A DNA stretch of 63,420 bases, the filler included, from Olpidium bornovanus S191 (taxonomy: Eukaryota > Fungi > Olpidiomycota), in assembly GCA_017911155.1 (NCBI GenBank). It is 30 parts of 30 records of this genome, joined end to end, with 100 filler letters (N's around TTAATTAATTAA, not from the genome) between each part and the next. Parts side by side here need not be neighbours in the genome. Positions count along the whole stretch, not along the records: positions 9,934 to 12,526 come from JAEFCI010001748.1; positions 12,627 to 14,544 come from JAEFCI010011788.1; positions 14,645 to 15,670 come from JAEFCI010004094.1; positions 15,771 to 16,998 come from JAEFCI010009532.1; positions 17,099 to 22,051 come from JAEFCI010001418.1; 25 more parts are not named here. One strand, written 5' to 3'. Positions within the stretch are counted from its first letter, which is position 1. Each line of letters begins with the position of its first letter. Made by a program: the position numbers and the translations under genes. Positions 10,160 through 22,151 of this stretch are shown here, piece after piece. The notes beneath the pieces are model-generated. The model was given only the letters and a program-made list of their open reading frames with translations, was not told the origin of the DNA and made no database searches.

Positions 10160-12454
10160 ATGCTCTGTCGTGTGCGTGCTCCTGTGCGTGGATATGCGCA
10201 TGAGAACGGCCCCCCCCGGTCTCACTCCTCCGCCCCCCTGCAGGCCCTCCGTTTGCCGGTTGGTCTCGCCCCCCCCAAAAAAACCAACGCCACATCAGAA
10301 CCGGTAGAAATGGAAAAGTCGAGGAAGCGTGCCCGCTCCCCGAGCCGCGCGGCGGAGGACGGCACGCGCGGAGGAGGGTTGCCCGCCGCTGCCGCTGCGC
10401 CCGCGGAATCCGTGACACGCCCCGCGAAAACGAGCAGGAAGCATTTCCAGAAGAAACGCGAAACCTTTTCGGCTGCGGAACCTGCCGCGGCGCCGACGCC
10501 GGTTGCTGCGGAACCAGCGGCGCTCCTTGCGAAAACGAGCAGGAAGCATGCGCGGAAGAACCGAGAAACCTCGCCGACCGCGGTTCCCACCGCGGCGCCG
10601 GCGCAAGCTGCTGCAGAACCCGCTGCGCCCGCCGCAAAAACGAGCAGGAAGCATGCGCAGAAAAACCGAGAAACCTCTTTGGCCACGGAACCCGCCGCGG
10701 CATCGGCGCCGGCCGCTGCGGAAAACCCCGCCGAGATAGTCCGGCGGAAGCAGAAGAAGGATCTTCACGGTAAGACGAAGGACGTTGATCAGGGACGCGC
10801 AAAGAAGCGCGTTTTTGCCGGCGACGACAACGACGATGACGACGGGGACGACGACGACGGAGACGACAACGCGGGCGCGGTTGTGGAAGAAAAGGACCCG
10901 TCGGCCAGGGAGATCACCGCCGGGGCGAAGCACATGGGTGAGCAGATCAGAGCAGCTAAGCGGGCAAAAAAGTTGGCCCTTACTGGACGGGGGATCAGGG
11001 CAGAAGAAACGGAGGAACAGAGCGTTGACGGCGGTGTATTGAGCCTTCCGTCCGAGTCTGCCGGCTCTTCCACCGCTGCGTCCGCGAAGCGCAGTCACAA
11101 GGACAAGGAAAGGAATAAAACGGAAGCCCGCAAGGGGACGATCAAAAACGAAGCGGACTTTGAAACAGGCACCCGCGCTTCTCTAAAGGGAGCAAGCCCC
11201 GGTTCTGAGGTCGAGAGCGATATCCGGAGGAAAACTGTAGCCCGCAGCCGACATGCCGACAAAAACGACGGCGCATCCTCGGGCAGAAAAAAACGTAACG
11301 TGGAAAAGGGCGGCGCGCAGGATGCTGACGAGAAGTCGAAGCAGTTTGGACAGGACAGTGCACGCGCAGCGGTGGCCGAAGCTCCTCGCCGCGAAAAGAG
11401 GAACAAGAAAATGGACACGGAAGAGACGAATGAGGGGATGCCGGAGGTCGCCGTTACGACAATGGAAGGCGCGTCCGCCGGTAGGTCCACCCAAGGGGTC
11501 GAAGACCCTGAGAAAGCCGACGACTCCGCCGCCAGAACAATAAAAGGTGTCAAGAGCAAAAAGAAAAAAGACGTAAGTTTCATGTCCTCGTTTGGATCTT
11601 TCTACATGGTGTTCGCATTGCCACCAGACAATATGATTTTTCTATGACTAATCTTTATGTCAACGTTTACATCTCTTTTGGAAATGTTTGCTGGCAACTG
11701 TTGTTGGTCTCACAATGCCCGGACAGGAGAGTGAGATGCAGAGGAACGAGGATGCGAAGGGCGCTGGCGGCAAAGTCGGCAAGAGTAGGGGGGTAAAGGT
11801 CGACACGGCGATTGAGGTGGGTGGCCGGGAGGATGGTAACATTGGCTAAGTCATGTCGCCACAGATTCGTCTTAAGTTACATAAATCCTACTGCAATCAT
11901 GTCGATAAGGTTGTCGCAAATGACGTCAAAGCGGAAGGCCGGATCATATCGCGGGCCAAGGGAAAAAATGACTCGGAAGAAGATTTCCATGGAAAACAGA
12001 AAACCGCCGATTGCAAAAAATATAAAATCAAGGTTTTCTTGTTTTTGCTAATACCCGGGTCTTTGGCTTCGCAAGCATCCCTCGTCCTTGTGCGACACAT
12101 TGCCACATCCGACCATCATATAACCTCTGATCTTCCGACAATCTACACGAAAAACATACGTTTTAGAGTGCCGAGAAAGAAAAGCCCGCTGCGTGGAACG
12201 ATTGGTCGCAGGCAGATTTCGACGGCGACGCAGAGCGCAAGAAAAAGTTCATGAGTCTCATGGGCGCCAGGAAGGGTGGCTCAGGTCAGTCGGCTGGGAA
12301 CCGTGAAAAGGCAGAAGTAACCTCAAAGGAATCGCACGCTTCGACGATCAACCCGGCCGCAAACAAGCGCATCCAGGACGATCTGCAGAAGCAATTCGAG
12401 AGCGGCATGGCGGCGCGCAGGTCCAAGCAGCGCGGAATCGGATTCAAGTCCTGA
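10160..12454 (+). CDS. Lys/Ala-rich protein with C-terminal SMAP domain (KNOP1-like)
   Basis: A 495-aa low-complexity first ORF; last exon WNDWSQADFDGDAERKKKFMSLMGARK..IQDDLQKQFESGM..RGIGF* matches the small acidic protein (SMAP) motif. Confidence 0.8.
10421..10680 (+). repeat. Three intragenic repeats of about 105 bp encoding AKTSRKHx(Q/R)K(K/N)RET
   Basis: GC(G/A)AAAACGAGCAGGAAGCAT recurs near 10424, 10529 and 10634. Confidence 0.9.
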
Positions 12455-12626
12455 GGTCCAAATGTTTGAGGGGGCGACATTGCATTTCTTTTCAGCTCGC
12501 CGCCGCACGGGGGAGTCCGTTGCCGCNNNNNNNNNNNNNNNNNNNNNNNNNNNNNNNNNNNNNNNNNNNNTTAATTAATTAANNNNNNNNNNNNNNNNNN
12601 NNNNNNNNNNNNNNNNNNNNNNNNNN

Positions 12627-14348
12627 CATGCGGTTGCGCAAAGCCTGCCGCTCGCTCTCGGCCTCTTGCTTGTGCTGGTCGAACCCGGCCATCTTCTGCA
12701 TCACCCCTTCACGAATCTTGTTAATCCTCTTGCCCTCCGACTTCTGCTCCGCCAGCTCTTTCTCGCGAGCCAACAGCTCCGACGCAAGCTTCACATTCTC
12801 GTCGTACAGCTGCGAAGTCTGAGCGATCTGGTGATCGCAGTCCACCTGCAGCTTCATCATCACGACGTGCAGGTTCTCCTGGTCGTTCAGGATCCGCTCG
12901 AGGGAATTGCGGTGCGAGTTGATCTGCGCCTCAAGGATCCCAATGTCGTCGTTCGCGCGGTTCACCTGGTCCTGTACCGCACGGACCTCGCTGGTCTTCT
13001 GGCCGACCACGACCCGGAGCTCGCGCATGTCGTACTCAAGCCGCTCCTTGGTTCGCAGCTCGGCGTCTATCTCGGCCTTTTTCCGCACGTGGGTCTCCTT
13101 CACCTCGAAGATGTGGCGTTCGATGTCGCGCTTTTCCATGTCCGTCGAGCGGATCTTTTCGACGATGTCGTTGAGGGCAGCGCGAAGGTGGGAAATCATC
13201 TCGAGCTCCTGCTCGAGCTCGCGGGTGGTCATGGCGTGGTTCGCCCGCAACTCGCTCATCGTCCGCTCCTGGCTGACGGACAGTCCCACGCCCTGCTTGA
13301 GCACGTTTTCCAGCTGGGTGATATCGTACCGGACCTGCCGGGTTTGCTCCAGGATTCCGTCCTCGTCTGCGTTGCACTTGCGCACCCTCTCGCTTGCGGC
13401 GACGATCTGCTCCTTGAGGCTCGCTATGGTCTGCGCATCCTGCACGGCCGCGCGCGCGGCCGCCTTGTTGTGCGCGACGTTGTTGAACCACTCGCCGTAG
13501 AGCTTTGCGTAGTCATCGTACAGGACCCGCCCGTGCTCCTGCGAGCGCACGGCCACCCGCCGGAGCCGGTGAAACTCCTGGCGGACTCTCCGCAGGGCCT
13601 CGTCCTCGCCGAGAGTCCGGTCGACGGCTTCAAACTCCGCGGCGAAGCCCCTGAAAACCGCCTCTTGCCTTTCCCGCTCCGCCGCGTACGGCAGCGCGCA
13701 CGCGGGCGAAGCGTCCCTGGCAGCCGGCGTTCCCGGCGCGGCCGCAGAACCGCCCTTTTCCGCCAAGCCGCCCAGCTCCGGCCACTTCCGACCAGCCGTC
13801 GCCGAAGGCGCAAGCTCGCCGGTCGCGGGCTCCTCTTGAATAGACCCAGCCGCAGCGGCGGCCTGTAATATTTCGGCGCTAGCGACTGAGCTCCTCCCTC
13901 GCGGTCTGGACGCCGGCGGCGGCGCTACCGAGCCCTGGTCCGTACGACCGAGCGTAGCGACCGATCCTGCGCGGGTCCGAGGCGCCGCCGTCGGCTGCCC
14001 CGTTCCAGCTGAGGCCCCGCGAGCCGGTACGGAAACAGAAGCCCTTCGAGCTGGCGCAGCGTGAGGAACGGCGGCAGTGGCAGCCGCCGTCGGCGACGGC
14101 TCCGCATGGGGCGTCGCCTGGGTCCCCCTGGCAGGCGGGCCGTGTCTGCCAACGTTGCCGCCCGGCGATGACCCGGCCTCCGCCAGGACCGCAGGCGCAG
14201 TGGGCCTTGACGATCCGGGCCCTTCTTCAGCCATCCGGCAAACGTTTGCAACGTGCGGTGGTAACGATCCTTCTGCAGCTGCGGCGAGGAACGTCGATTG
14301 GTGGGGAATGCGGGGTGGGTTTGCGAGCGCATCTTTGCGGGTTGGCAA
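12627..14348 (-). CDS. CFAP58: CFAP58 (CCDC147) flagellar coiled-coil protein, 3' truncated
   Basis: FEAVDRTLGEDEALRRVRQEFHRLRRV..DAQTIASLKEQIVAA..ITQLENVLKQGVGLS matches CFAP58 (KSLEKFRIEYERLH..DQTTIASLKKEIEKA..LVEQGSGLS). It is preceded by an Ala/Pro-rich extension of about 230 aa. Confidence 0.85.
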
Positions 14349-15205
14349 CCTTGCGGAGTTCGCTTATGGCGCGTCGTTCGGCACAAGAGGAAGATTCGAC
14401 GCGTAAAAAGAAACAATTAGTCATTTGAAGCGCATTGACAATTCTACAAGCGGACGAGAGGGAGACTATGAGGCGGCCATTTTCAGATTGACGACCGGTG
14501 TGATTTTCCAGCAGTTCCGCAGTCATTCCAACCGTTTGAACATGNNNNNNNNNNNNNNNNNNNNNNNNNNNNNNNNNNNNNNNNNNNNTTAATTAATTAA
14601 NNNNNNNNNNNNNNNNNNNNNNNNNNNNNNNNNNNNNNNNNNNNAAATAAAATAAATAAAAAAAACAAAAAAACAAAAAAAAACTTACCGTTTGCCAACA
14701 CGGGGAGATAAGGATGAGGTTAGGTTAAGGTTGAGGTTAGGTGGGGGGGGGGAAGGGGGAATAGGGGGTTTTGGGTTCAACACGAAATTTTTTTTTTTTT
14801 TTTTCGTGCCTGCTTTTCATGCGGAACAATTTTCGTTTCCCTTTCGGTTTATTACAACGCTTTGCTCTGCCGTGGCCAGAACGGGCGGAAGCGTCCGTTC
14901 TCAGATTTGATCGCAATGTAAGATTTCACCCCGTTTTGTTCAAAGTGAAAAAAAAAAAAAAAAAACACGATTTGTTCACTTGGAACGTTTATGTGCCCCA
15001 CCCCACGTCGAAAGCTTCCCGGGTCCTGTTGCTTTGCCACCACAACCAGCCCGCGGTTGACAAAAATTAATGAGAATTGCACCTGCAATCCACCATTGAC
15101 GAGAAGACTTTCTCCAGGTCGGCTTCCCACCCACCCACCCACACCCCCTTCTCCCTTCCGCATACACTCAAACGCCGCTCGGCACCGAAGGCTAACGCAA
15201 GCGCC

Positions 15206-15670
15206 TCATCCTCTGCTCTTCCTTCTTTCCAGGTACCGCATCCTGGCCGCCTCGATTTCCTTCTCCCTCTCCGCCCTCTTTTCCGCCGCCACTCGCGCGG
15301 ACTCCCGGCCGGCCGCCTCGCGGTCCGCCCGCTCCCTCTCGGCTGCGGCGGCTCCGTCAATTCTCCTGCTTCGGTCCTCCTCTTCCGCCGCCTCCTTTCC
15401 TGCCGCCAGCCGCGCGATGTCTACCAGCGCGATGCGGCGCAGGTCCTCCAGGACCCACTCCTTGTCCACCCGGCTGACGTGGCGCATCACGGGCCAGCCG
15501 GCAACGACCGTCACGTCGTGGTAGACGATCCAGTCGAAAGCGACGCGCCCATGAGGGTCGAGAGCGGAGTTTGGCGAGACGTTCAGCGGGATAAAACCTG
15601 CCTGGGACGCGATGTCCAGAGCGGGAGCAGCCGGAGACGCGCCGGTGGGAGATGCGGAGGCAGCAGCGCT
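15206..15670 (-). CDS. DEAH-box helicase C-terminal OB-fold exon (DHX40-like tail)
   Basis: IPLNVSPNSAL..FDWIVYHDVTVVAGWPVMRHVSRVDKEWV resembles the DEAH HPSSAL..PEWVVYHELV..MR.VT.V..EWL motif; ends IEAARMRYLERRK. Confidence 0.7.
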   Translation of the reverse strand, partial: SAAASASPTGASPAAPALDIASQAGFIPLNVSPNSALDPHGRVAFDWIVYHDVTVVAGWPVMRHVSRVDKEWVLEDLRRIALVDIARLAAGKEAAEEEDRSRRIDGAAAAERERADREAAGRESARVAAEKRAEREKEIEAARMRYLERRKSRG

Positions 15671-17099
15671 NNNNNNNNNNNNNNNNNNNNNNNNNNNNNN
15701 NNNNNNNNNNNNNNTTAATTAATTAANNNNNNNNNNNNNNNNNNNNNNNNNNNNNNNNNNNNNNNNNNNNCATGCGCGCTTTTCAATTCTTTCTTTTTTC
15801 TCCTTTCCTTTTCCCTCCATCCACCGTTTGGAAATACGTTCCCTCTGATCCCGGCGGCAAACCGGGCACGTAGGCACCCGAAATCTAAGTGGGAGCGCAG
15901 GTTCGAGGGCAGCCAATTGTTTATTTCGAAGTCCCTTCCCATCATCCTTTTTCAAAACGCGAACGTGCTTCAATGTGCAATGCCATGTATTTTTTTTATC
16001 TTGCGTTGATCAATTGGAGTTCTGATACATCGCTTGCTTCTTCGTCCGCGAGGGTGAGAACGGCCGAGTTCACCGTGGAATGGCGGGGAATTGGCGGGCG
16101 GCGGCGGAGGCGGCGGGTGGGTTGCGTGCCGCACGGCGTCGGCGGAAGGGATGGAAGTGACGGGAAAAAGAACGTGGGCGGGCGGCGGGGTGTGTGTGTG
16201 TGGGGGGAGGAAGTGGGGGGTCGGGAGGGGTGCAGGCGGAGAGGCGTGCGCGGGAGGGAGAGGATCGTCGGCGCGGCACGAGGGAGGGCGAACGAGCGGG
16301 CAGGCGGGCGGGGGGGGAAAATGCCCGCGATGGAAGTCGGAACAGCGATGGCGGTACACCAATGTCGCTTGCTCGCCATCTCGATTTTTTTTCGAGTTGT
16401 TTTTTTTTCTCGGTAAGATGTTTTTTTATGAACCCGTTCTTCTTCTCGATTTTTTTTTCCCGCGCGTCGGAAGCTACTCTGCTCTCATATCCGTCTTATC
16501 CGTCTGCTTTCTTATCCGTCAATGCACTTTACGATAGCAACGGGGCGTCCAGTACGGCTGGTTCTGTCCATTCAGATAAAACATTGAAAAAACGAAAAAA
16601 CAAAGCCGAACAGAAGATGTATTATGCCCGAATGTCAAAAAATCTTCAAATTCTGCCTTCACATTTGACTTCCAAATCCACCTGAAATTTTATAGTGCGA
16701 ATGACACAGTTGGTATCCAAGACACTTTGTGCCAAAAAAAGTATGCATTGGGCTTCAAAAATAAAAATGGTGCGCTGTTTTTAATCCGATCGCCTGCTTC
16801 GAGAAATATCAGCCGCGCTTGTACTCCCCCCCCCCCCGTTTTCGCCTTCCGCCCGGCCGTTCGCTGGGTGTTGATGTCATGACGCGGCTGAGGAAAACCA
16901 AATCTCCAGATTCTACAAAATGATGAGTCTGGATCGGCGCCGCGCGCGCTGCTTCAACACCCCGCTCTCGCCGTCCCTCCGAGGCATACACGCTGACGNN
17001 NNNNNNNNNNNNNNNNNNNNNNNNNNNNNNNNNNNNNNNNNNTTAATTAATTAANNNNNNNNNNNNNNNNNNNNNNNNNNNNNNNNNNNNNNNNNNNNC

Positions 17100-17660
17100 A
17101 TCAAGCGCGTCATTCGGTACCTCCGCGGCACTTCCGACCAAGGGATCTTCTTCCCGGCAGGTGGGGACTCGGACATACGTCTGGTCGCGTTTAGCGACTC
17201 TGATTGGGCCGGCTGCCGCAAAACAAGAGCCAGCACGACCGGCTACTTCATCACCCTTGACGGCGCACAGATCGCGCGGAGGTCGTGTCACCAAACTTGT
17301 GTCGCGACATCATCGACGGAAGCAGAATTTGTCGCCGCGTCCGCCACCGCTCAAGAAATCAAGTGGCTGCATTCGATCTGCCGTTTCCTCGACGGCGACA
17401 TTGTCAAAGAACCAACCGCGCTCGCCATCGACAATACGGGCGCCGTGGAACTTGCCGGTGATGGCCGGATCGGCAAGCGCTTGAAGCACATCGATCTACG
17501 CTTTCACCACGTTCGGAACCTTGTTGCCGCTGGCGACATCGCCGTCGAACGCGTCGCGACCGCCGACAACCCTGCTGACCTGTTCACCAAGCCTCTCGGC
17601 AAAGTCAAGTTCATCGAGATGGTCGAGAAGATCTCCCTCCGGCCGCCCGGCAACATTTAA
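17100..17660 (+). mobile_element. Ty1/copia pol 3' end (RNase H), frame intact
   Basis: KRVIRYLRGT..AFSDSDWAG..STTGY..STEAEFVA..IDNTGAV..KHIDLRFHHVR..NPADLFTKPL. Confidence 0.95.
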
Positions 17661-17888
17661 TCGTCAAAATCAAGATTCTACTTTCTTCCCCTTCTTGATC
17701 GATCGTCCTTCATGATCCCGTAATCATCGATGATTTTCTACAATTCTCTTTTCTTCTTCATCGCTCTTGTAATCCCGTAATTACAGGCGATTTTCCCGTA
17801 CTTTTCCTAACCTTTCAATTCTTACTTTTTACGGCTATTTTCCCTCGCATCAATTCTCGTCGTTTACTGCTGTACTCGCAGCATAATC

Positions 17889-18113
17889 GGTGAGGTGGGG
17901 TGTCAAGCGTCATATGTAGGTCACGTGACGCCAATTACGTACACGAGAACAACACCCTCGACGACGACGCCACACAGACCTATCTCGACACAATACATCT
18001 CTAGAAGAACGTCCTTGACCCTGTCCACACGTAGCCTGCTCATCTCTCGACACCCCCTTTATTCGCTCACATTGTCCGGCAATTTGTGAACATTTCTAAT
18101 GCAGATTCCAACA
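17889..18113 (+). mobile_element. PPT (GGTGAGGTGGGG) and 213-bp 3' LTR (17901-18113)
   Basis: Purine-rich tract directly before TGTCAAG; putative end TTCCAACA. Lies downstream of the copia RNase H. The right boundary is not confirmed by a second copy. Confidence 0.7.
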
Positions 18114-19077
18114 GGTTCCCGGATGAAGGCCTTCGGACGACAGAGTTTCCTATATACCAAACAAGGCCGGAACGAGAAGAGAAAATCCAGCAACCTTCTG
18201 AGAAGAGTAATCCCTACGTACCTCGGTAACTAATGGAGCCGCCGAGCTCACCACAAATCACGAGTAAATTGGAAACAGCTCCCGAACAAGTCAAATCAAA
18301 ATTCTCGCATTTGACACACGTCAGTCGACGCGCTCATCGGTGGACGGGCGCGTCGATGGAGTTCGATTAGCAACAGAGCTTTTGTTTTTTTCTTTCAGCC
18401 AACTTGGCTGCAGCGGACCTGGGGATTAAACCCGCGCCGTCGAAAGCCGGTCTTTTCTTCTTTCACCTCAAATCCCAACGCTCTCGGCGAACCCTTGAGC
18501 GGAGAGCCGGGCCTGCTCGAACTGCCAATGGTATATGTTCGACAGCAGGCTTGGTCAACGAGAACTCCTCGACGCAGATCAAGTTTTTCATCGTGATTAC
18601 GCGCGCCTTATTCTCCCCAGTGCACATGTCCGCATTGACAAGACCGGGATTGAGGACTGACGGTGTTCTTTGTCCAAATAAGGACAACGCGCGAGGGGCG
18701 AAAATCGCAAACGTGGAGACGGTGGTAGGAAGCGTACAGACAGGGGGAGACCATCGTTCGGCTCGCGGAATGTGGGGTAAATATGGCGGGTTGAGGCAGG
18801 GGCGCAAGCGCACCGTGTGCACCCCTCGCTTATGTCACTCCACTGTTGGCCACGTGACCCGGCCTTACCCGCGCCATCGTGCCACACCAAGACTTCCGCG
18901 TCTTGAACCGGCGCCCGCAGACGCTCAGGCAACGGGGATAATCGCCAAAGGTCGCTGGCGTTTTGACTGGCCAGCCGCCGTCGTCTTAAACCCATTGCAG
19001 AACAAGTGAACCGAGCCCGAATTAAAAGAGCTCGCCCTGTTCCGCAGAACTTCGGGTCCGGTCGGTGGCGCGTGAAA

Positions 19078-19889
19078 ATGAGCCGGCCACGTTCGTCTTC
19101 CTCTTGGTAAGAGCCGGCCTAAGTCCGTGGAGAGGCTGTTTGAAGGGGGGGAAAAAAAACGGCACCACCGGGCTCCGGGCTTGGTGCCCCGACGATACCG
19201 GCTGTTCATGCCGATCCCGGCGCACGGGGTACATCTCCTGGGCGCTTTCTTTTTGCGGGTCCGTCAGGGATACCGGGTCGGGTTCCCGGAACGCCGAGAG
19301 GAGCCACGAAAACGAGCGGCTTTTTGAAACTCAGAATGACCTGCGGATGGATGAGCTCGCGGGGACCGTGTCCCGGTTGAAACAGGTATGAAAGCCCAAC
19401 TCCTTTGAGTCGTTATACTCCGCGCTAATCTCCCCGCTCCCTTTCGTTCCCAGGTCACCTTAGACATACATGGGGAAGTGATTGACCAAAACCGCGGCGT
19501 CGTATCGGACGCAGTGAGTCTCCGACTGTTGCATCACCCCGGCTCCCCCAGTGATTCTTCTGCTCCCAGATTAGTTCGGCTTGACTGCTGAGACTTCTCC
19601 ACGTTTCAGAACGCGGCGTTCAGCTCCTTTGGCACCGGCCTCAAGAATACGATCAGCAGGCTAGGGATAATGCGGGGTTGGTCGGCCGTTGCTCGTTCGA
19701 CTGCGCAAACTTAGGTTCTTTTCCGACTGACTCAATTGCTTCCCCGGAACGGCATTCGCAGCCACGCGGCACTCGCGCAACATGTGTCTGATGGTCCTGG
19801 GTTTCCTTTGCCTATGGATCCTGCTGTGGGCGTTGTTGAAACGAGCTATGCGGTCGACGCCCCCAGACAATCAGATCCCGGGAACTTGA
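19078..19889 (+). CDS. BET1: Qc-SNARE, Bet1-like, multi-exon
   Basis: Exons join in phase: MSRPRSSSSW|DTG..ETQNDLRMDELAGTVSRLKQ|VTLDIHGEVIDQNR..FSSFGTGLKNTISRL.., then the TM anchor RNMCLMVLGFLCLWILLWALLK; stop at 19887-19889. Confidence 0.8.
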
Positions 19890-20514
19890 AACCTGGAGGA
19901 TTTCCCCTCGACCCGGCCGTTCGTTTTCATCATGCACCATCATCGGACACCGGTACGCGCCCGCCCTTTGCAACTCACCATGTACTGTAACATCTGGCAA
20001 TCCGTAAAAAAAGCGTAGACACATCCTAACCGGCCGGCATCATGTGCGTATGTAACGAGACGCCAAGAAATAATGAGCTCGTGCACGCCATGGAGTTCAT
20101 GTGGATCGAGTGACTACGCAGAACATGCCGCATCGGGCGCCTTTGAGTTTAAGCATCTTCGCGCTCCTTGCTGGTCCCCCGCCCCTCTCTATTTCAAGGT
20201 AAACGAAAGTTGACGATTGATTGTGAGATAGATTACATGCCAGATAAGTCTGACTAGCCAATACATTACGCCACCAACATCGCGCGCCTATCTCTTTTCC
20301 GGCCGAAAAGCGGCTTCGCGCCTGTTTGCCTCACAATTCCTAATTGCACCAAGGGTATCTTTTGCATTACGCCGGCGGCCTCTCTTTGTTTTTGAGCTTT
20401 TACTTGCGACGACCAGCGTTCGTGACCTGCACTTCAGCTGCTCCAGCTTCTTTGTGAGGAAAGGCAGCGCGCTCTTGCCGGCTGAAACACGCTGTTTGCC
20501 CGCTATCACCCATT

Positions 20515-22051
20515 TCAGACGTCCGGGCATCCAGCACTTTCTTTCCCAGTTCGCGTGTCTTTAGAGTCTTCCGCAGCGGACGGCTGCGGCTGGACCTTCA
20601 GCCGTTTTGACGGCGCTTCGGGAGGCTCCGCTAGTACGTCGACGATTCCGTCGACAAACTGCTCCATGTATAGATGGCCCATAACCGAGTCCTCCTCCCA
20701 CAATGTCGGAAGCAAAGGCTCAACCGTTTCATGCTTTTTACCTGCCTGGGACTGGGCTTCCTCTTCCTGGACGCCGCATGTCGCGAGCGTGAGCATCGAC
20801 ACAATGTGCCGGAGGGCGGACGCCCCTACGGGGTTCCTGGTCGTGGACGAGATGGCCTGGCTTCGGAATGCAGACCTGCCAGCGTAAAGCTTCGTGCAAA
20901 ACGCCCATACCCGAACGATGGCGTTCGCACCTGCCAGCTTGTCGCTCGCGCTGATGCCCTGGGACTGCAATGAAGCGGTCCAAGCATCCATGGCATTGAG
21001 CAGCCACACCTCGCACGCATTTTTGGCCGGAAGGACGAGAAAGCGGTCGGCACACGCCATGAGGTTCATCGCTCGTGTCCAGTGCTGGAAGTTGTCCGGA
21101 AACGACTCTGGCGCCGGGAATAGTTCCATAGACTCCAGCGTCGTTAGACCGCGCGAAGCACTCCCCAACATGGAACCCGCCTCGAAATCAACGCCACGAG
21201 CCCGGTCCTTCGTAAGGCCGGGAGATCCAGGTCGACTTCGGATGGGACCCATGGGATTGCTTACGAAGTCAACGAGATCTCGCATCGCTCGACAGTCAAC
21301 TTCGTGCACGGCGATTCTGTGCCGCGTTCCCTCCGCGTACTTGCCTAGCAGCATGGCACTTAGCGGCTGGGACGCACGTGCAAGCAAATGTCGAGAAGCA
21401 ACGACTTCCATTCCTGCTTCGTCCGGAAAGTAGAAGGTCACGTTTTCATCAGCCATGTCGTTCCCGGCGCTACCTTCCACGAAGCCTTCTTGTGGCCAGT
21501 TCTGATTGTCTGGCGCATTTCTGGAAATTTCGCCATCGTTTTGGACCTCGCCCGGCTGGGCGTTATGAGATTCAAGCAGCATGCGGAGGTGTTTACCGCG
21601 GCGCGACGTCAACGGCCGCGCGATGCATTCGAATGCCAGAGCAGCCGTCCTCCGTCGCTGGATTCCGAGAAGTTTAGCTGATTGAGGAGTCGTATTGCCC
21701 CAATGCGATGATCTCGTCATCCCGGAGGCCGCGCATGCCACACTTTCGCTCTCATAGTCAAGACGATAACAGAGCATCCGGGCGAGCACGCCAACGGGGG
21801 CGTCGGTCGAGAGAGTTGCGCCAATCGGGGATAATTCGTCCGATGCGTGCCGTCTTTTCACGGCAAGACCCTCGCGTATGGGCTGCTCCGTTTCGACTGC
21901 TTGAGGTAGCCTGTGAAGCCCGAGGAACGTGTTTCGGATCATCTCGGGAGGACAGCAAATGGCCAGCGCCGCGGCCGCGTGTTCTTGCAGCTTGGCGACG
22001 TCGTCGCCTCCGGACAAAACTTCCTGAATAATCCTCTGCAGGCCAGGCATG
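20515..22051 (-). CDS. BTB/POZ-domain protein C-terminal half (ARMC5-like), 5' truncated
   Basis: 511-aa ORF with NVTFYF..VASRHLLARASQPLSAMLLGKYAEGTRHRIAVHEVD (BTB) and CADRFLV..ACEVWL. An upstream helical segment is compatible with ARM repeats. Confidence 0.65.
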
Positions 22052-22151
22052 NNNNNNNNNNNNNNNNNNNNNNNNNNNNNNNNNNNNNNNNNNNNTTAAT
22101 TAATTAANNNNNNNNNNNNNNNNNNNNNNNNNNNNNNNNNNNNNNNNNNNN

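Noticed and set aside
12666-13868. 400-aa plus-strand ORF opposite CFAP58
   Set aside because: A shadow ORF from GC-rich codon usage, antisense to a well-supported gene.
18114-18132. GGTTCCCGG after the 3' LTR as the PBS of a tandem element
   Set aside because: Only GGTT matches the GGTTATGAGCCC type, and no gag is evident downstream.
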